A stretch of 64,000 nt of DNA from the NCBI RefSeq assembly GCF_009914755.1, contig NC_060947.1; one strand, 5' to 3'. This document shows positions 29,301 through 42,339 of the stretch, in pieces. Source of the stretch: the human T2T-CHM13v2.0 reference genome, Homo sapiens. How positions within the stretch are numbered: position 1 is the stretch's first letter; each line of letters opens with the position of its first letter. Both the position numbers and the translations under genes were made by a program. The notes beneath the pieces are model-generated. The model made no database searches. It was not told the origin of the DNA and saw only the letters and a program-made list of their open reading frames with translations.

Positions 29301-32300
29301 GAGGAGGACTTTGCCTTGCATCTTAGATACCACCTCAGCCACAGCAGAATAGGGCAATGACCAGAGTTGTGAGGCCCCCATTTCAGGCTCTAGTTTCCTG
29401 ACGACATCTCAAGACATGCCCTGAGCCAGAAAGGAACCCACTGCATTGAAGGGAAGGAGCCAGTCTTGGCAGCATTTATCACCTGATAACTGAAGAGGCC
29501 TTGAACCCTGAGCTACATCAAGGGCCTTGAGCAAGCCTCTGAAATTGCTGGCTTCAGATATCAGCATGACTATAGGAGGATATAACACCAAGTGGGCACT
29601 CTTGGAATCCTCAGTTTCAGGACTTCACTCTTGGATGGCATCTCTGGATCTGCCCTGGGCCAGAAGGGAACCCTGTTCTCTGAAGGGTAAGTTGCAGGCC
29701 AGGCAGCATTCACCAAAAGCTGATGTCAGAGCTCTTGGGCCTTAAGGGAACATTGGTAGTAGTCTGGCAGAACTCCTCATGGCCTAAGGTGGTGGTTGCT
29801 ACAGAGTGAAGGTTCTCTTCCTTTGGAAAGGAGAAGGAAGAGTTGAAAGAACTGTGTGTCATGGTTTCAGTGCCAGCTCAGCCACAATACAATAGAACAC
29901 AAGGTAGACTTCTAAGTTTTGTCACTCTATTTCCTGACTCCTAGATGACACCTAGGGACCCACCTGGGACCTGGGAGAACTCACTTCCCTGAAGGGAAGG
30001 ACACAGGCCTGGCTGGCTTTGCCACCTGGTGATTATAGAGTCCCAGGGCCTTGAGTGAATATAAGCAGTAGCCAGGAAGTGGTTACAACAGGCCTTGAGT
30101 GAGACCCAGTGCTGTGCTGGCTTCAAGTCTGACCCAGCACGGTCCTAGTCCTAGTGGTGATGGCCACAGGGATGCTTGTGTACCTCCAACCCCAGGTTTA
30201 AGAGGCTTGGAACAGAGAACGAGACTCTATATGTTTAGGAGAAAATAAGGGGAAAGAGCAAGAGTCTCTGCCTGGTAATCCAGAAAATTCTCCCAAATCT
30301 CGTTTACGACCATCAAGGTGCAACTTCTATGAGTCTGCAAGAACTGCAGCATTACTGAGATTTGGGTGTTCCCTAAAGCAGATACAGCTTACATCAAAAC
30401 ACCCAAGTCCTTTTTAATTTCTGGAAAGCTTTTCAAATAAGGACGGGTATAAACAAATCCAGATTGTGAAAACTAAAATTCAATATCAATCACTTCAATG
30501 TCCAGACACCAAAGAATATTTACTAGCATCAACACCACCCAGGAAAGCATAACCTCACCAAATGAACTAAATAAGGCACCAGGGATCAATCTTGGAGAAA
30601 CAGAGATATGTGACTTTTCAGACAGGGAATTCAAAATAGCTGTGTTGAGGAAACTCAAAGAAACTCAAGATAACACAGAGAAGAAATTCAGAATTTTATC
30701 AGATTAATTTTTCAGAGATTGAAATAATTTTAAAAATCAAGCAGAAATTCTGGATCTAAAAAGTACAACTGGCATGCTGAAGAATGCATCAGAGTCTCTT
30801 AATAGCAGAATTGATCAAGAAGAAAGAGTGAGCTTGACGACAGACTATTTGAAAATACACTGCTAGGGGAGACAAAAGAGAAAAGAATATAAAACAGTAA
30901 AGCATGCCTACAGGATCTAGAAAACAGCCTCAAAATGTCAAAGTTAAGAGTTATTGGCCTTAAAAATGAGATAGAGGAAGAGATAGGGGTACAAAGTTTA
31001 TTCAACAGGATAATAAAAGAGATATTTTCAAACCTAGAGAAAGTTATTAACACTCAAATACAAGAAAGTTATATATCTCCAAGCATATTTAACTCAAAGA
31101 CTACCTCAAGGCATTTAATAATCAAACTTTCAAAGACCAAGGATAAAAAAAGGATGCTTAAAGCAGCAAGAAAAAAGACACAAATACAATGGAGCTGCAA
31201 TATGTCTGACAGCAGACTTTTCAGTGGAAACCTTACAGGCCAAGAGAGTGTGACATGACATATTTAAAGTGTTGAAGGGAAAAAACTGTTACCCTAGAAT
31301 AGTATATATGGCAAAAATTCCCTTCAATCATGAAGGAGAAATAAAGACTTCCACAGACTAACAAAAGCTGAGGGATTTCATTCATAAGAGACCTGTCCTA
31401 TGGGAAATGTTTAAGGGAGTACATCAATCAGAAAGAAAAAGACATTAATGAGAAACAAGAAATCATCTGAAGGTACAAAACTCATGGGTAATAGTAAGTG
31501 CACAGAAAAAAACACCGAATACTTCAGTGTTATAATACTGCAACTGTGATATGTAATCAACTAAAATGCTAGCTAGAAAAACTAAATGATGAACCAAACA
31601 AAAATAATAACTACAACAACTTCTTAAGACATAGACAGTACAATAAGATCTAAATAGAAACAAAAAAGTTAAAAAACTTGAAAATAAAGTTATGGCATAG
31701 AATTTTGTGTTAGTTTTCTTTTTGTTTCTTTATTTGTTTATGAAAACCGGGTTGAGTAGTTACCGGGTTATAAGATAGCAGGTGCAAGCCTCACAGTAAC
31801 CTCAAACAAACAACAAAAAAAATTACAATGGAAACAGAAAAACAAAAAGCAAGATAAATCATATCACCAGGGAAAATCGCCTTCACTAAAGGAAGAAAAT
31901 AAAGAAATAACGCCAAAAAACAAATAACAAAATGGCAGGAGTAAGTCTTTATCAATAATAATGTTGACTGTAAATGAACTAAAGTCTACAATCGAAATAA
32001 ATAGAGTGGCTGAGTGTATTAAAAACAAGATTCTGTTGCCTACTAGAAACACACTTTACCTATAAAGACACAAATAGATTAAAAGAAAAGTGATGGAAAA
32101 GACATTCCATGCCAATGGAAACAATAAATGATCAGGAGTAGCTATACTTATATCAAACAAAATAGATTTCAGGACAAAAACTATAAGAAGAGACAAAGAA
32201 AGTTACTATATAATGATAAAGGGGTAAATTCAGTAAGAGGATATATCAATTTTAAATATATATGCACCCAACACTAGAGCCCCTAGATAAGTAAAGGAAA

Positions 32301-32928
32301 CATTATTAGAGCTAAAGAGAGAGATAGTTCCCAATACAATAATATCTGGAGACTTCAACACCCCACTCCCAGCATTGGACAGATCGTCAAGACAGAAAAT
32401 CAACAAAGAAACATCAGACTTGATCTGCAGTATAGATCAAATGAATCTAATAGATACTTACAGAACATTTTATCTGTTGGTGGCAGAATACACATTCTTT
32501 TCTTCAGCACATGGATTATTCTTTAAAATAGACCATATGATAGGTCAAAAAAGTCTGAAAACATTCAACAAAATTGAGATAACATCAAGCATCTTCTCTG
32601 ACCACAATAAAATAAAATTAGAAATTAATGATAAGATAAATTTGGGAAACTATACAAACACATGGAAGTTAAACAATATGTTCCTGAATGACGAGTGGGT
32701 CGATGAAACAATTTTTGTAAACTTCTTAAAACAAAAGACAATGGAAACACAACATACCAAAATCTATGGGATACAGCAAAAGCAGTACTAAGAGGGAAGT
32801 TTATAGCTGTAAGTCCCTACATCAAAAAAGAGGAATAACTTCAAATAAACAATCTAATGATACATCTTAAAGAAATAGAAAAGCAAAAGCAAACCAAACC
32901 TAAAATTAGTAGGAGAAAAGAACTAATA

Positions 32929-33257
<329 letters not shown>

Positions 33258-34150
33258 TTAAAATGAGGAAAATAATACAAAAGATCAATGAAACAAAAAG
33301 TTGGTTTTTTGAAAAGTAAAACAAAATTGACAAAACTTTAGCCAAACTTACTAATAAAAGGAGAGAAGATTCAAATAAAAGCATTAGAAATGAAAAAGGA
33401 GACATTACAACTGATACTGCAGAAATTCAAAGATCATTTGTGGCTATGATGAGCAAATATATGCCAATGAGTTGGAAAATCTAGAAGAAATGGACAAATT
33501 TCTAGGTACATACAACCTATCAAGATTGAACCAGAAAGAAATCCAAAACCTGAACAGACCAATAACAAGTAATAAGATCAAAGCCATATTAAGAAGTCTC
33601 TTAGTAAAGAAAAGCTAGGGACCCAGTGGCTTCACTGCTGATTTCCACAAACATTTAAAGAGAACTGGTACCCATCCTACTAAAACTATTGCGAAAAATA
33701 GAAGAACAGAAAATACTTCTAAATTCATTATATGAAGTCAGCATTACCCTGAAACCAAAACCAGACAAAGACACAACAAAAAAAGAAAACTACAGTTCAA
33801 TATCTCTGATGAATATCGATGCAAAAATCCTCAACAAAATACTAGCAAAACCGAATTCAATGTTACATTAAAAAAAAAAAATTCATCATGACCAAGTGGG
33901 ATTCATCCCTGGGATGCAAGGATGGTCCAACATATGCAAATCAATCAATGCGATACATCATAGCAACAGAATGAAGCATAAAAACCATATGATTATTTCA
34001 ACTGATGCCAAAAAGCTTTTGATAAAATTCAACATCCCTTCATGATTAAAAAAAAAAAAAAGCTCTCATAAAACAGGGGATAGAAAGAACATACCTCAAC
34101 ATAATAAAAGCTATATAGGGCTGCGGGCTAGCGTCCCCCGCCCGATCGGG

Positions 34151-34230
34151 GCTGAGCGGGGCTGGGCGGGGCTGGGCGGGGCTGGGCGGGGCTGGGCGGG
34201 GCTGGGCGGGACTGGGCGGGGCCGGGCGGG
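34151..34230 (+). repeat. 10-bp GC-box tandem repeat (gctgggcggg) x8
   Basis: Directly visible; most units contain GGGCGG. Confidence 0.95.
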
Positions 34231-34662
34231 GCCGGCGCTGGTTAGCTCCTGAGTGTGAAACCGCGTGTTAGTGTAACCCACGCCAGAGGCGCGGGCGGCG
34301 GCGGCGGCGGTAGGAGCGGCGGCTGCAGGAGCAGCAGCAGCAGAAGCAGCGGCGGGTACTCTGTGCTCTGCGTCCCGGAGGCAGCCGACTGCGCCACCCC
34401 ACCCTCGCACGGCCGGGCGGGACCCGCGCCACCAGCCCGGACCTCCGTCGTCCCGCGGCGACCAAAATCTCCGCTGGCCGCACCGCTGTGACTACTCCGG
34501 ACTCGCCGGCAGAGTTTGCCCGCCGGGGAGGGTGGCCGATTGGCGGAGCGCACTCCTGCTGTTTCTCCCACCATCTCGTGGATGTCGTCCCTCGGGTGGT
34601 GAGAGAACTTTGCAGTGGGCTGGAGCGCCCTTTGCGGAGAAGCACACGAAGGTGAAGGAAGG

Positions 34663-34773
34663 AAAGAAAGAAGACCGAGGAAGAAAAGAAAGAAGACCGA
34701 GGAAGAAAAGAAAGAAGACCGAGGAAGAAAAGAAAGAAGACTGAGGAAGAAAAGAAAGAAGACCGAGGAAGAA
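34663..34773 (+). repeat. 22-bp purine minisatellite (aagaccgaggaagaaaagaaag) x~5
   Basis: Units start at 34671, 34693, 34715, 34737 and 34759. Confidence 0.95.
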
Positions 34774-35673
34774 GGGGCTCGGAAGAAGGGTCCGGAGCGG
34801 CCGGGCCGGCCGTGCAGGGCGAGTGCGCGCGAGGCGCGGCGCCCTGATGCTCCCCGAGCTCGAGGAGCAGCGGCCATTTGCGGGACTGCTCTCGGTGGAG
34901 TAGCCCCGTCGGGCCCGGAGGGTTTGTGCAACCGCGGAGAACACCGAGTGCTGGTCGCACGGGGCGTGCCGAGCCGCCTTCCGGCGCGCCCTCCGCACTT
35001 TCCCCGCCTAGTCATCCCTCGCTCCCCGGCCAGGAGCCTCCGCCGCGTCCTCAACCTCTCTCCCTTTTGCGTCCCGGGACCCTGCGAGCACCCGGGCCGA
35101 GGGCGCAGCCGAGTCTTGCGGGAGTCGCCCCGAAAGCGTCGGGTTTGTGTGGGGTTAGCGGGGGCCGCCGCGCCACCTGCGCCTCGCCCGCCGCCGCCTC
35201 GGGGAAAACCCGAAGAGGAGGCGGACCAGGAGAAGAGCAAAGAAAAGCAGCCCGTCTGGATTTGTTTGCCCAGGACTGGCGCCGCGCACGCGGATCCCCG
35301 AGGGGAGTGCGGTCGGAGTCACCGCGCCCCCGCCTCCCCGCCCGGGCGACTGAGGCCGGGGGGTTGGAGCACTGCCCCCGCGCACAGTCCCCGAACGCCC
35401 GACGTCTCCGCGCAGGTTATTGAAGCAGCTGGGCCTGGGGCGCCCACTAATGTGGCCCTGAGGGCCGGAGCCCGCACCGACGGGAGCGGGAGCCGGAGCA
35501 GCTGCGGGCGCCGAGTGGCCGGTACGCCCGGCCTAGCGCGCCTGCGTGCGTGGCCACCTCGCTCCCCGCTTCTGCCTGGCTTTCCGGCTTAATTTTCCTC
35601 GGCGGGATTAAAGTTGGAAATTGACCGGAGAATTGAGTTGCCGGGGAACAGAGCCCCGGCCGCCGCCAGCGCG

Positions 35674-36276
35674 ATGTTCCCGCAGAGCCGGCACCCGACG
35701 CCGCACCAGGCTGCAGGCCAGCCCTTCAAGTTCAGTATCGCGGAGTCCCTGGACCGGATTAAAGAGGAATTCCAGTTCCTGCAGGCGCAGTATCACAGCC
35801 TTAAATTGGAATGTGAGTAACCGGCAAGTGAAAAGACAGAAATGCAGAGGCACTATGTGATGTATTACGAAATGCCATATGGATTAAACATTGAAATGCA
35901 CAAACAGACTGAAATCGCCAAGAGATTGAATACGATTTGTGCACAAGTCATCCCATTTCTGTCTCAGGAACATCAACAACAGGTGGCCCAGGCTGTCGAA
36001 CGTGCCAAACAGGTGACCATGGCAGAGTTGAATGCCATCATCGGGCAGCAGCAGTTGCAAGCTCAGCATCTTTCTTATGGCCACGGACCCCCAGTTCCCC
36101 TTACGCCTCACCCTTCGGGACTTCAGCCTCCTGGAATCCCGCCCCTCGGGGGCAGTGCCGGTCTTCTTGCACTGTCTAGTGCTCTGAGTGGGCAATCTCA
36201 CTTGGCAATAAAAGATGACAAGAAGCATCAAGATGCAGAGCACCACAGAGATGAGAGGCCCGGCAAGCCAGATTAG
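35674..36276 (+). pseudogene. TLE1P1: TLE1-derived coding frame, 200 codons, with one premature TAA (35818-35820, codon 49)
   Basis: ORFs 35614-35820 and 35842-36276 share a frame and give the Groucho Q and GP domains, ending [11 protein letters not shown]. Confidence 0.95.
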
Positions 36277-37146
36277 GACTTTGTCCTCATACTCTTACAG
36301 TGCTGCAAAGTTGTGTGGATCGCTAAAGAGAGCCCCAACCTATACAGAAAGCAAACAATGAGATAAGAGGAACTGTCTCAAAGCTTTCCACTGAAACACA
36401 GGTCACCCTGGAAGTTTGCAGGGTTTGCTGTGGGCATCTGTAGATTTCTCGATCTCGTTAGATTGCAGGCATCTTGACATCTTGGCAACTGCCTAGTTAA
36501 TGCCAGTGGCCTGTACCATATTATGGAAAACTGTTAACTGCTTAATTGGGTAATTTTCAAAGAAAGTAATGTTGTTAAATGGGGTGAAATAAGAAGTTAA
36601 ATTTGAAAGTGAATGTGTTCAAATGAAAGGTTTGATAATTGCATCTGTTACTACTTAGTTTCATAGGCTTTAATTCTAGTATGCATTAAATATTGGGCAA
36701 AATTGCACTTGACTAATTTTTTGAAGAAAAGTAATTTATTCTGTCAAGAAATAAAAAAATAGGCTTTGTGTATGGTTAAACTAAATCTTATGTTTACAAA
36801 ATACTGTAATTTTCAGGAAATCACTGTATTAGGAATGTGCAATGACTTATATAAATGAAAGCCATTTTTAAAACTGAAAAAAAAATAAAAAAAATAAAAG
36901 CCATATATGACAGCTCCACAGCAAGTATCATACTGAATGGGGAAAACCTGAAAGCCTTTTGTCTAAGATCTGGAACATTACTAGAATGCCCACTTTCACC
37001 ACTGTTATTCAACATAGTAGCGGAAGTCCTAGCTAGAGCAATCAAACAAGAAAAAGAAATAAATGGCAACCAACTTGGAATGAAAGAAGTAGTATTATTT
37101 TTGTTTGCAGACAATATGATCATATATTTGGAAAAACCTAAAGACT

Positions 37147-37147
<1 letters not shown>

Positions 37148-37187
<40 letters not shown>
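37148..37187. repeat. (CA)n microsatellite inside L1 ORF2
   Basis: Directly visible. Confidence 0.97.
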
Positions 37188-37189
<2 letters not shown>

Positions 37190-39034
37190 TAGAACTGATA
37201 AATTCAGTAAGGTAGGAGGTTACAAAATTAACATACAAAAAAAATCAATTGCATTTCTACATCCCAACAGTGAGCAATCCTAAAAAGAAATTTAAAAAGT
37301 AATCCCATTTACAATAGCCACAAATAAAATTCAATACCTAGGAATTAAAGAAGCAAAAGATTTCTCAAAAATTATAAAACACTGATGAAAGAAATTGAAG
37401 AGGACACCAAAAAATGGAAAGACATTCCATGTTCATCTATTAGAAGAATCAATATTGGTAAAATATTCATACTACACAAAGCAATCTACAGATTCAATGT
37501 AATCCCTATCAAAATGCCAACAACATTATTCACAGAAATAGAAAAAAATGCTAAAATTTATATAGGCATACATAAGACCCAGAATAGCCAAAGTTATCCT
37601 ATGCAATAAGAGCAAAATTGGAGAAATCACATCCAAATTCAAATTATATTACAGAGCTATAGTAATCAAATCAGCATGGTACTGGTATTAAATCAGAAAA
37701 AAAAAAAAAAAAAAACAATGGGACATAATAGAGAACCCAGAAACAAATTCACACACTTAAAGTGAACTCATTTTCAACAAAGGTGCCAACATACTTTGGG
37801 GAAAAGACAGTCTCTTTAATAAATGGTGCAGGAAAAACTAGATATCCATGTGCAGAAAGATGAAACTAGACCCCTGCGTCTCACCATGTACAAAAGTCAA
37901 ATCCACATTGATTAAAGACTTAAATATAAGACCTCAAACTATGAAACTACTACGAGAAAACATTGGGGAAATTCTCCAGGACATTGGTCTAGGCAAGAAT
38001 TTTTTGAACAATATCCCTTAAGCACAGGCAACCAAAGCAAAAATAGACAAATGAGATTACACCAAGCTAAAAAGCTTCTGCACAGCAAAGAAAACAATCA
38101 ACAAAGTGAAGAGACAACCCACAGAATGGGAGAAGGATATTTGCACACCATGCATCAGACAAGGGATTAATAACCAGAATATATAAGGAGCTCAAAGAAC
38201 TCTATAGGAAAACATAATAAACTGACAAAAAAAAATAGCAAAAGATTTGAATAATTTCTCAAAGTACACACAACCCAGAAACAGGCATATGAAAAGGTGC
38301 TCAACATAATTAATCATTAGAAAAATGCAAATCAAAGTACAATAAGATATCATCTCACCCCAGTGCAAATAGCTTATATCCAAACACAGGCAATAACAAG
38401 TGCTGACGAGGATGTAGAGAAAAGGGAATCTTTGTACACTGTTGGTGGAAATGTACAGTAGCACAACCACTATATTGTATAGTTGGAGACTACTACAAAT
38501 ACTAAAAATAGAGCTATTATATGACCCAGCAATCCCACTGCAGAATATGTAACTAAAAGAAAGGAAATCAGTATAACAAAGAGATATCTGCACTCCCATG
38601 TTTATGGCAGCACTGTTTACAATAGCTAAGATTTGGAAGCAACCTAAGTATCCATCAACAGATGAACAGATAAAGAAAATGTGGTGCATACACACAATGG
38701 AGTACTACTAAGCCATAAAAATGAGATCCTGTCATTTACAATAACATGTATGGAACTGGAGATTATTATGTTAAGTAAAATAAGCCAGGCACAGACTGAG
38801 AAATATCACATGTTCTCACTTTTGTGTGATATAAAAATTAAAACAATTAAACTCATGGACATAGAGAGTAGAAGGATGCTTACCAGAGGCTAAGAGGAGA
38901 TAGGGATGGCTAATGGCTATGAAAATATAGTTAGAAAGAATGAATAAGGCATACTATTTGACCACACGGAAGGGTGACCTTAGTCAATAATAACTTAATC
39001 ATACATTTTTAAATAAGTAAAATAATGTAATTGT

Positions 39035-39318
39035 GGCCAGGCATGGTGGCTCATGCCTGTAATCACAGCACTTTGGGAGGCCAAGGTGGGCAGATCATGA
39101 GGTCACGAGTTCGAGACCAGACTGACCAACATGGTGAAAACCCGTCTCTACTAAAAATACTAAAATTAGCTGGGCGTGGTGGCACACACCTGTAATCCCA
39201 GCTACTCAGGAGGCTGAGGCAGGAGAATCACTTGAACCCAGGAGGCAGAGGTTGCAGTGAGCCGAGTTCATGCCTCTACTCTCCAGCCTGGGCGACAGAG
39301 TGAGACTCCATCTCAAAA

Positions 39319-39347
<29 letters not shown>
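39035..39347 (+). mobile_element. AluS (Sg-like)
   Basis: Alu dimer, (taaa)n tail; TSD aata(a/g)tgtaattg at 39021-39033 and 39348-39360. Confidence 0.93.
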
Positions 39348-39350
<3 letters not shown>

Positions 39351-39554
39351 AGTGTAATTGGATTGTTAGTAACACAAAGGATAAATGCTTGAGTGGATGG
39401 ACGCCACATTTTTTATAATGTGATTATTTCACATTGCCTGCTTATATCAAAATATCTCATGTACCCCACAAATATAGACGCCCACAAAAATTTAAAATAA
39501 AATAAAATAAAATAAAATAAATAAAAACAATATTACAAATAATAATACATATAT

Positions 39555-42085
39555 AATTTTTCAAAATTAACTTATTGAGGTGAAATCTAGATAATATAAA
39601 GTAACCATTTTAAAGCAAAAAATTCAGTGGCATTTAATGTATTCACAGTGTTGTGCAACCATTTCTATTCCCTTCATAAAACATTTTTATCACTCTAAAG
39701 TAAAACCCTTTACCCATTAAGCAGTTTCTTCAATTCCCCAATGCCCTTAGCCCCTGACAACCACCAATCTATGTTCTGTCGCTGTGTATTTATCTATTCT
39801 GAATGTTTCATGTATATGGAATTATACAATATGTGACCTTTTGTGCCTTGCTTCTTTCATTTACCATTATTTCAAGATTCTTTTGAAATATAGCATGTAT
39901 CAGTACTTATAGCATGTGTCAGTACTTCATTCCTTTTTATGTCTGAGTAATATTCATTTGTTTAGCCATTCATCCTTTGATGAATATTTTGCCTATTGTG
40001 AATAATGCTGCAATGATCATGTGTACATGTATTTGTTTGAGTACATATTTTCAAGTTTTTTTTGGAACAGGGCACAGGGTTTCACTCGCCCTGTTCCCCA
40101 GGCTGGAATACAGTGGCACAATCACAGCTCACTGCAACCTTGACCTCCGGGGCTCAATTGATTCTCCCACTTCAGTCTCCCAAGTAGCTGGGACTGCGGG
40201 AATACACCACCACATCCAGCTAATTTTTGTATTTTTTGTAGAGACAGGGTTTCACCATGCTACCCAGGCTGGTCTTGAACTCCTGAGCTCAAGCCATCTG
40301 CTCACCTCAGCCTCCCAAAGTGCTGGAATTACAGGAGTAAGCCACTGCACCTGGTCTTACTTTCAGTTCTTTTCTATTATATACCTAGCCCTAGAATTGT
40401 GAGATTTTATGTAAATTCTGTTTTGTTTTGTTTTGTTTTGTTTTTTTTGAGGAAATGCAAAGCTGTTTTCTACAGTGTCTGAACCAATTCACATTTCCAC
40501 CAGCAGTGTTTAAGGATTCCATTTTCTCCACATTCTCGCCAACAATTCTCTTATTATTTTCTCGGTTTTTTTTCCTAGTGAGAGTGAAGTTGTACTCTAT
40601 TGTGGTTATGATTTGCATTTCCCTAATGACTAATGATGTTGAGCATCTTTTCATGTGCTTGTTTGCCTTTGTATATCTTTGTAGAGAAATATCTATTTCA
40701 AATCCTTTCCCCATTTTTTTTAAAAAATCGGGCTGTTTGTCCTTTTGTTGTTGAATTTTAAACATTTTTAAATATATTCTGGATACTAGTCTCTTATCAG
40801 ACATGATTTGCAAATGGTTTCTCTCATTCTATGGGTTGCCTTTTCACTTTCTTGATCATGTTCGTTAAAGTACAAAAGGTTTTAATTTTTGTAAGGTCTA
40901 ATTTATTTTTTTGTTGTTGCTTTTCTTTTGGTTTCATATTTAAGAATCCATTGCAAAATCCAAGGTTGTGAAATTTTACCCCTGTTTTCTTCTAAGAGTT
41001 TTATGGTTTTCACTCATATATGGGTCATTGAACCATTTAAGTTAATTTTTGTTTATGGTGTGAAGTAGGGGTCAAACTTTTCCATGTTTTTATCTAGTTG
41101 TTCTAACAGTATTTGTTAAAACTATTATTTTTTCTCTTCGAATAGTCTTGGCACCTGTGTCAAACATCAATTGACTATAGGTTTATGGACTTATTTCTGT
41201 ACTCCCAATTCTGTTACATTGGTCTATATGCTTAGTTTTATATGGTACCACGCTGTTATGATTATTGTAGCTTTATAGTAAAGTTTGAAATCAGAAAGTG
41301 TGAGTCCTCCAACTTTTTTCTTACTTTTTAAAGATTTTTTTTGTGTGTGGCTATTTGAGGACCCTTGTGATTCCATATGAACTTGAGGTTTAGCTTTTCC
41401 ACATCTGCAAAAGGCATCATTGTAAATTTGGTAGACATTCCATTGAATCTGTAGATCACTTTAGGTGAGTATTATTACCATCTTAACAATATTAATTCTT
41501 CCATTTTATGAACACAGTATGTCATTTCATTTATTTTGGTCTTCTTTAATTACCAGTTTTTAGTGTACAAGTCTTTTACCTCCTTGGTTACATTTATTTC
41601 TAGGCATTTCATTCATTTGGGTGCTATTGTAAATTGAATTGTTTTATTCTTTTTCAGATATTAATTGCTGGTGTGTAACCCTTTTATTATGCTATTGGAT
41701 CTGATTTGCTAGAATTTTGATGAGGAATTTTTCATCTATAGAAATAAGGAATATTGTTGTGTACTTTTCTTATGATGTTGTCAGCAGGATTTGGAATCAG
41801 GATAATGCTGGCCTCATAGAATACATTGGGAAGTGTTCCCTCCTCTTCTATTTTTTTTTTGAGGGGGGGAAGGGTTTGAGAAGTATTGATATTAATTCTT
41901 CTTTAGATGTTTGTTACATTTCCCCAGAGAAGCCATCTGGTTCTGGGCTTTTCTTTGCTGGAAGTGTTCTATGTTTTTCTACTAGGTTTCTAGTTGGTTT
42001 ATGGTGGTGTTCAAGTTCTCTATTGCCTTCTTGATTTTTTGTCTAATTTTTCTGTTTGTTATAAAATGTATAGAACTATCTATTT
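39555..42085 (-). mobile_element. Old L1MB-like 3' region with internal deletions
   Basis: 3'UTR motif aattcagtggcatttaatgtattcacagtgttgtgcaacc; ORF2-like [17 protein letters not shown] on -. Confidence 0.8.
40056..40356 (-). mobile_element. AluJ
   Basis: Diverged antisense Alu with J-type ctcctgagctcaagccatc. Confidence 0.88.
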
Positions 42086-42339
42086 CTATCGATTCTGTCA
42101 AGGTGAAGGGGGAAGAAGATATATTGTAAGTTATGGCACACAGGAGCATTAGGGGAGTCCCTGTGGTTTCTTGGTTGGTCATTCCTCTGTAAGTGAGAGA
42201 AACTTCTCATGTTAATAAACTTTGGATGCCTGTCTTACAAGAAGCTCTACAAGGAGTATGGCCTTCAGAGACCCAGCAGAGTTGTCTATGTATCCAGATT
42301 CTCTACCTTCGCTTCTTTTTTCACTGTAAAGAAAGCAGA

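Larger units (their letters stand above)
34118..35760. promoter_or_regulatory. CpG island carried in by the retrocopy
   Basis: Very GC-rich with dense undecayed CpG, unlike the AT-rich flanks; activity not shown. Confidence 0.8.
34118..36892 (+). pseudogene. TLE1P1: Processed pseudogene of TLE1 (short Q+GP isoform) with long GC-rich leader, 3'UTR and polyA
   Basis: Intronless [20 protein letters not shown]...; A tail 36877-36892; TSD aataaaagc(t/c)atata at 34103-34117 and 36893-36907. TLE1 identity is clear; the P1 symbol is from memory. Confidence 0.93.

Noticed and set aside
34663-34773. CRISPR-like periodicity
   Set aside because: Head-to-tail repeat without spacers, in a eukaryotic context
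34242-35592. Long ORFs of 325 aa (+), 332 aa (-) and 230 aa (-) over the CpG island
   Set aside because: Low-complexity R/G/P/A products, expected in GC-rich stop-poor DNA containing a 22-bp repeat; open in several frames on both strands with no recognisable domain
42095-42240. Possible LTR 3' end (aataaa...ttaca)
   Set aside because: Too short and diverged to assign by eye
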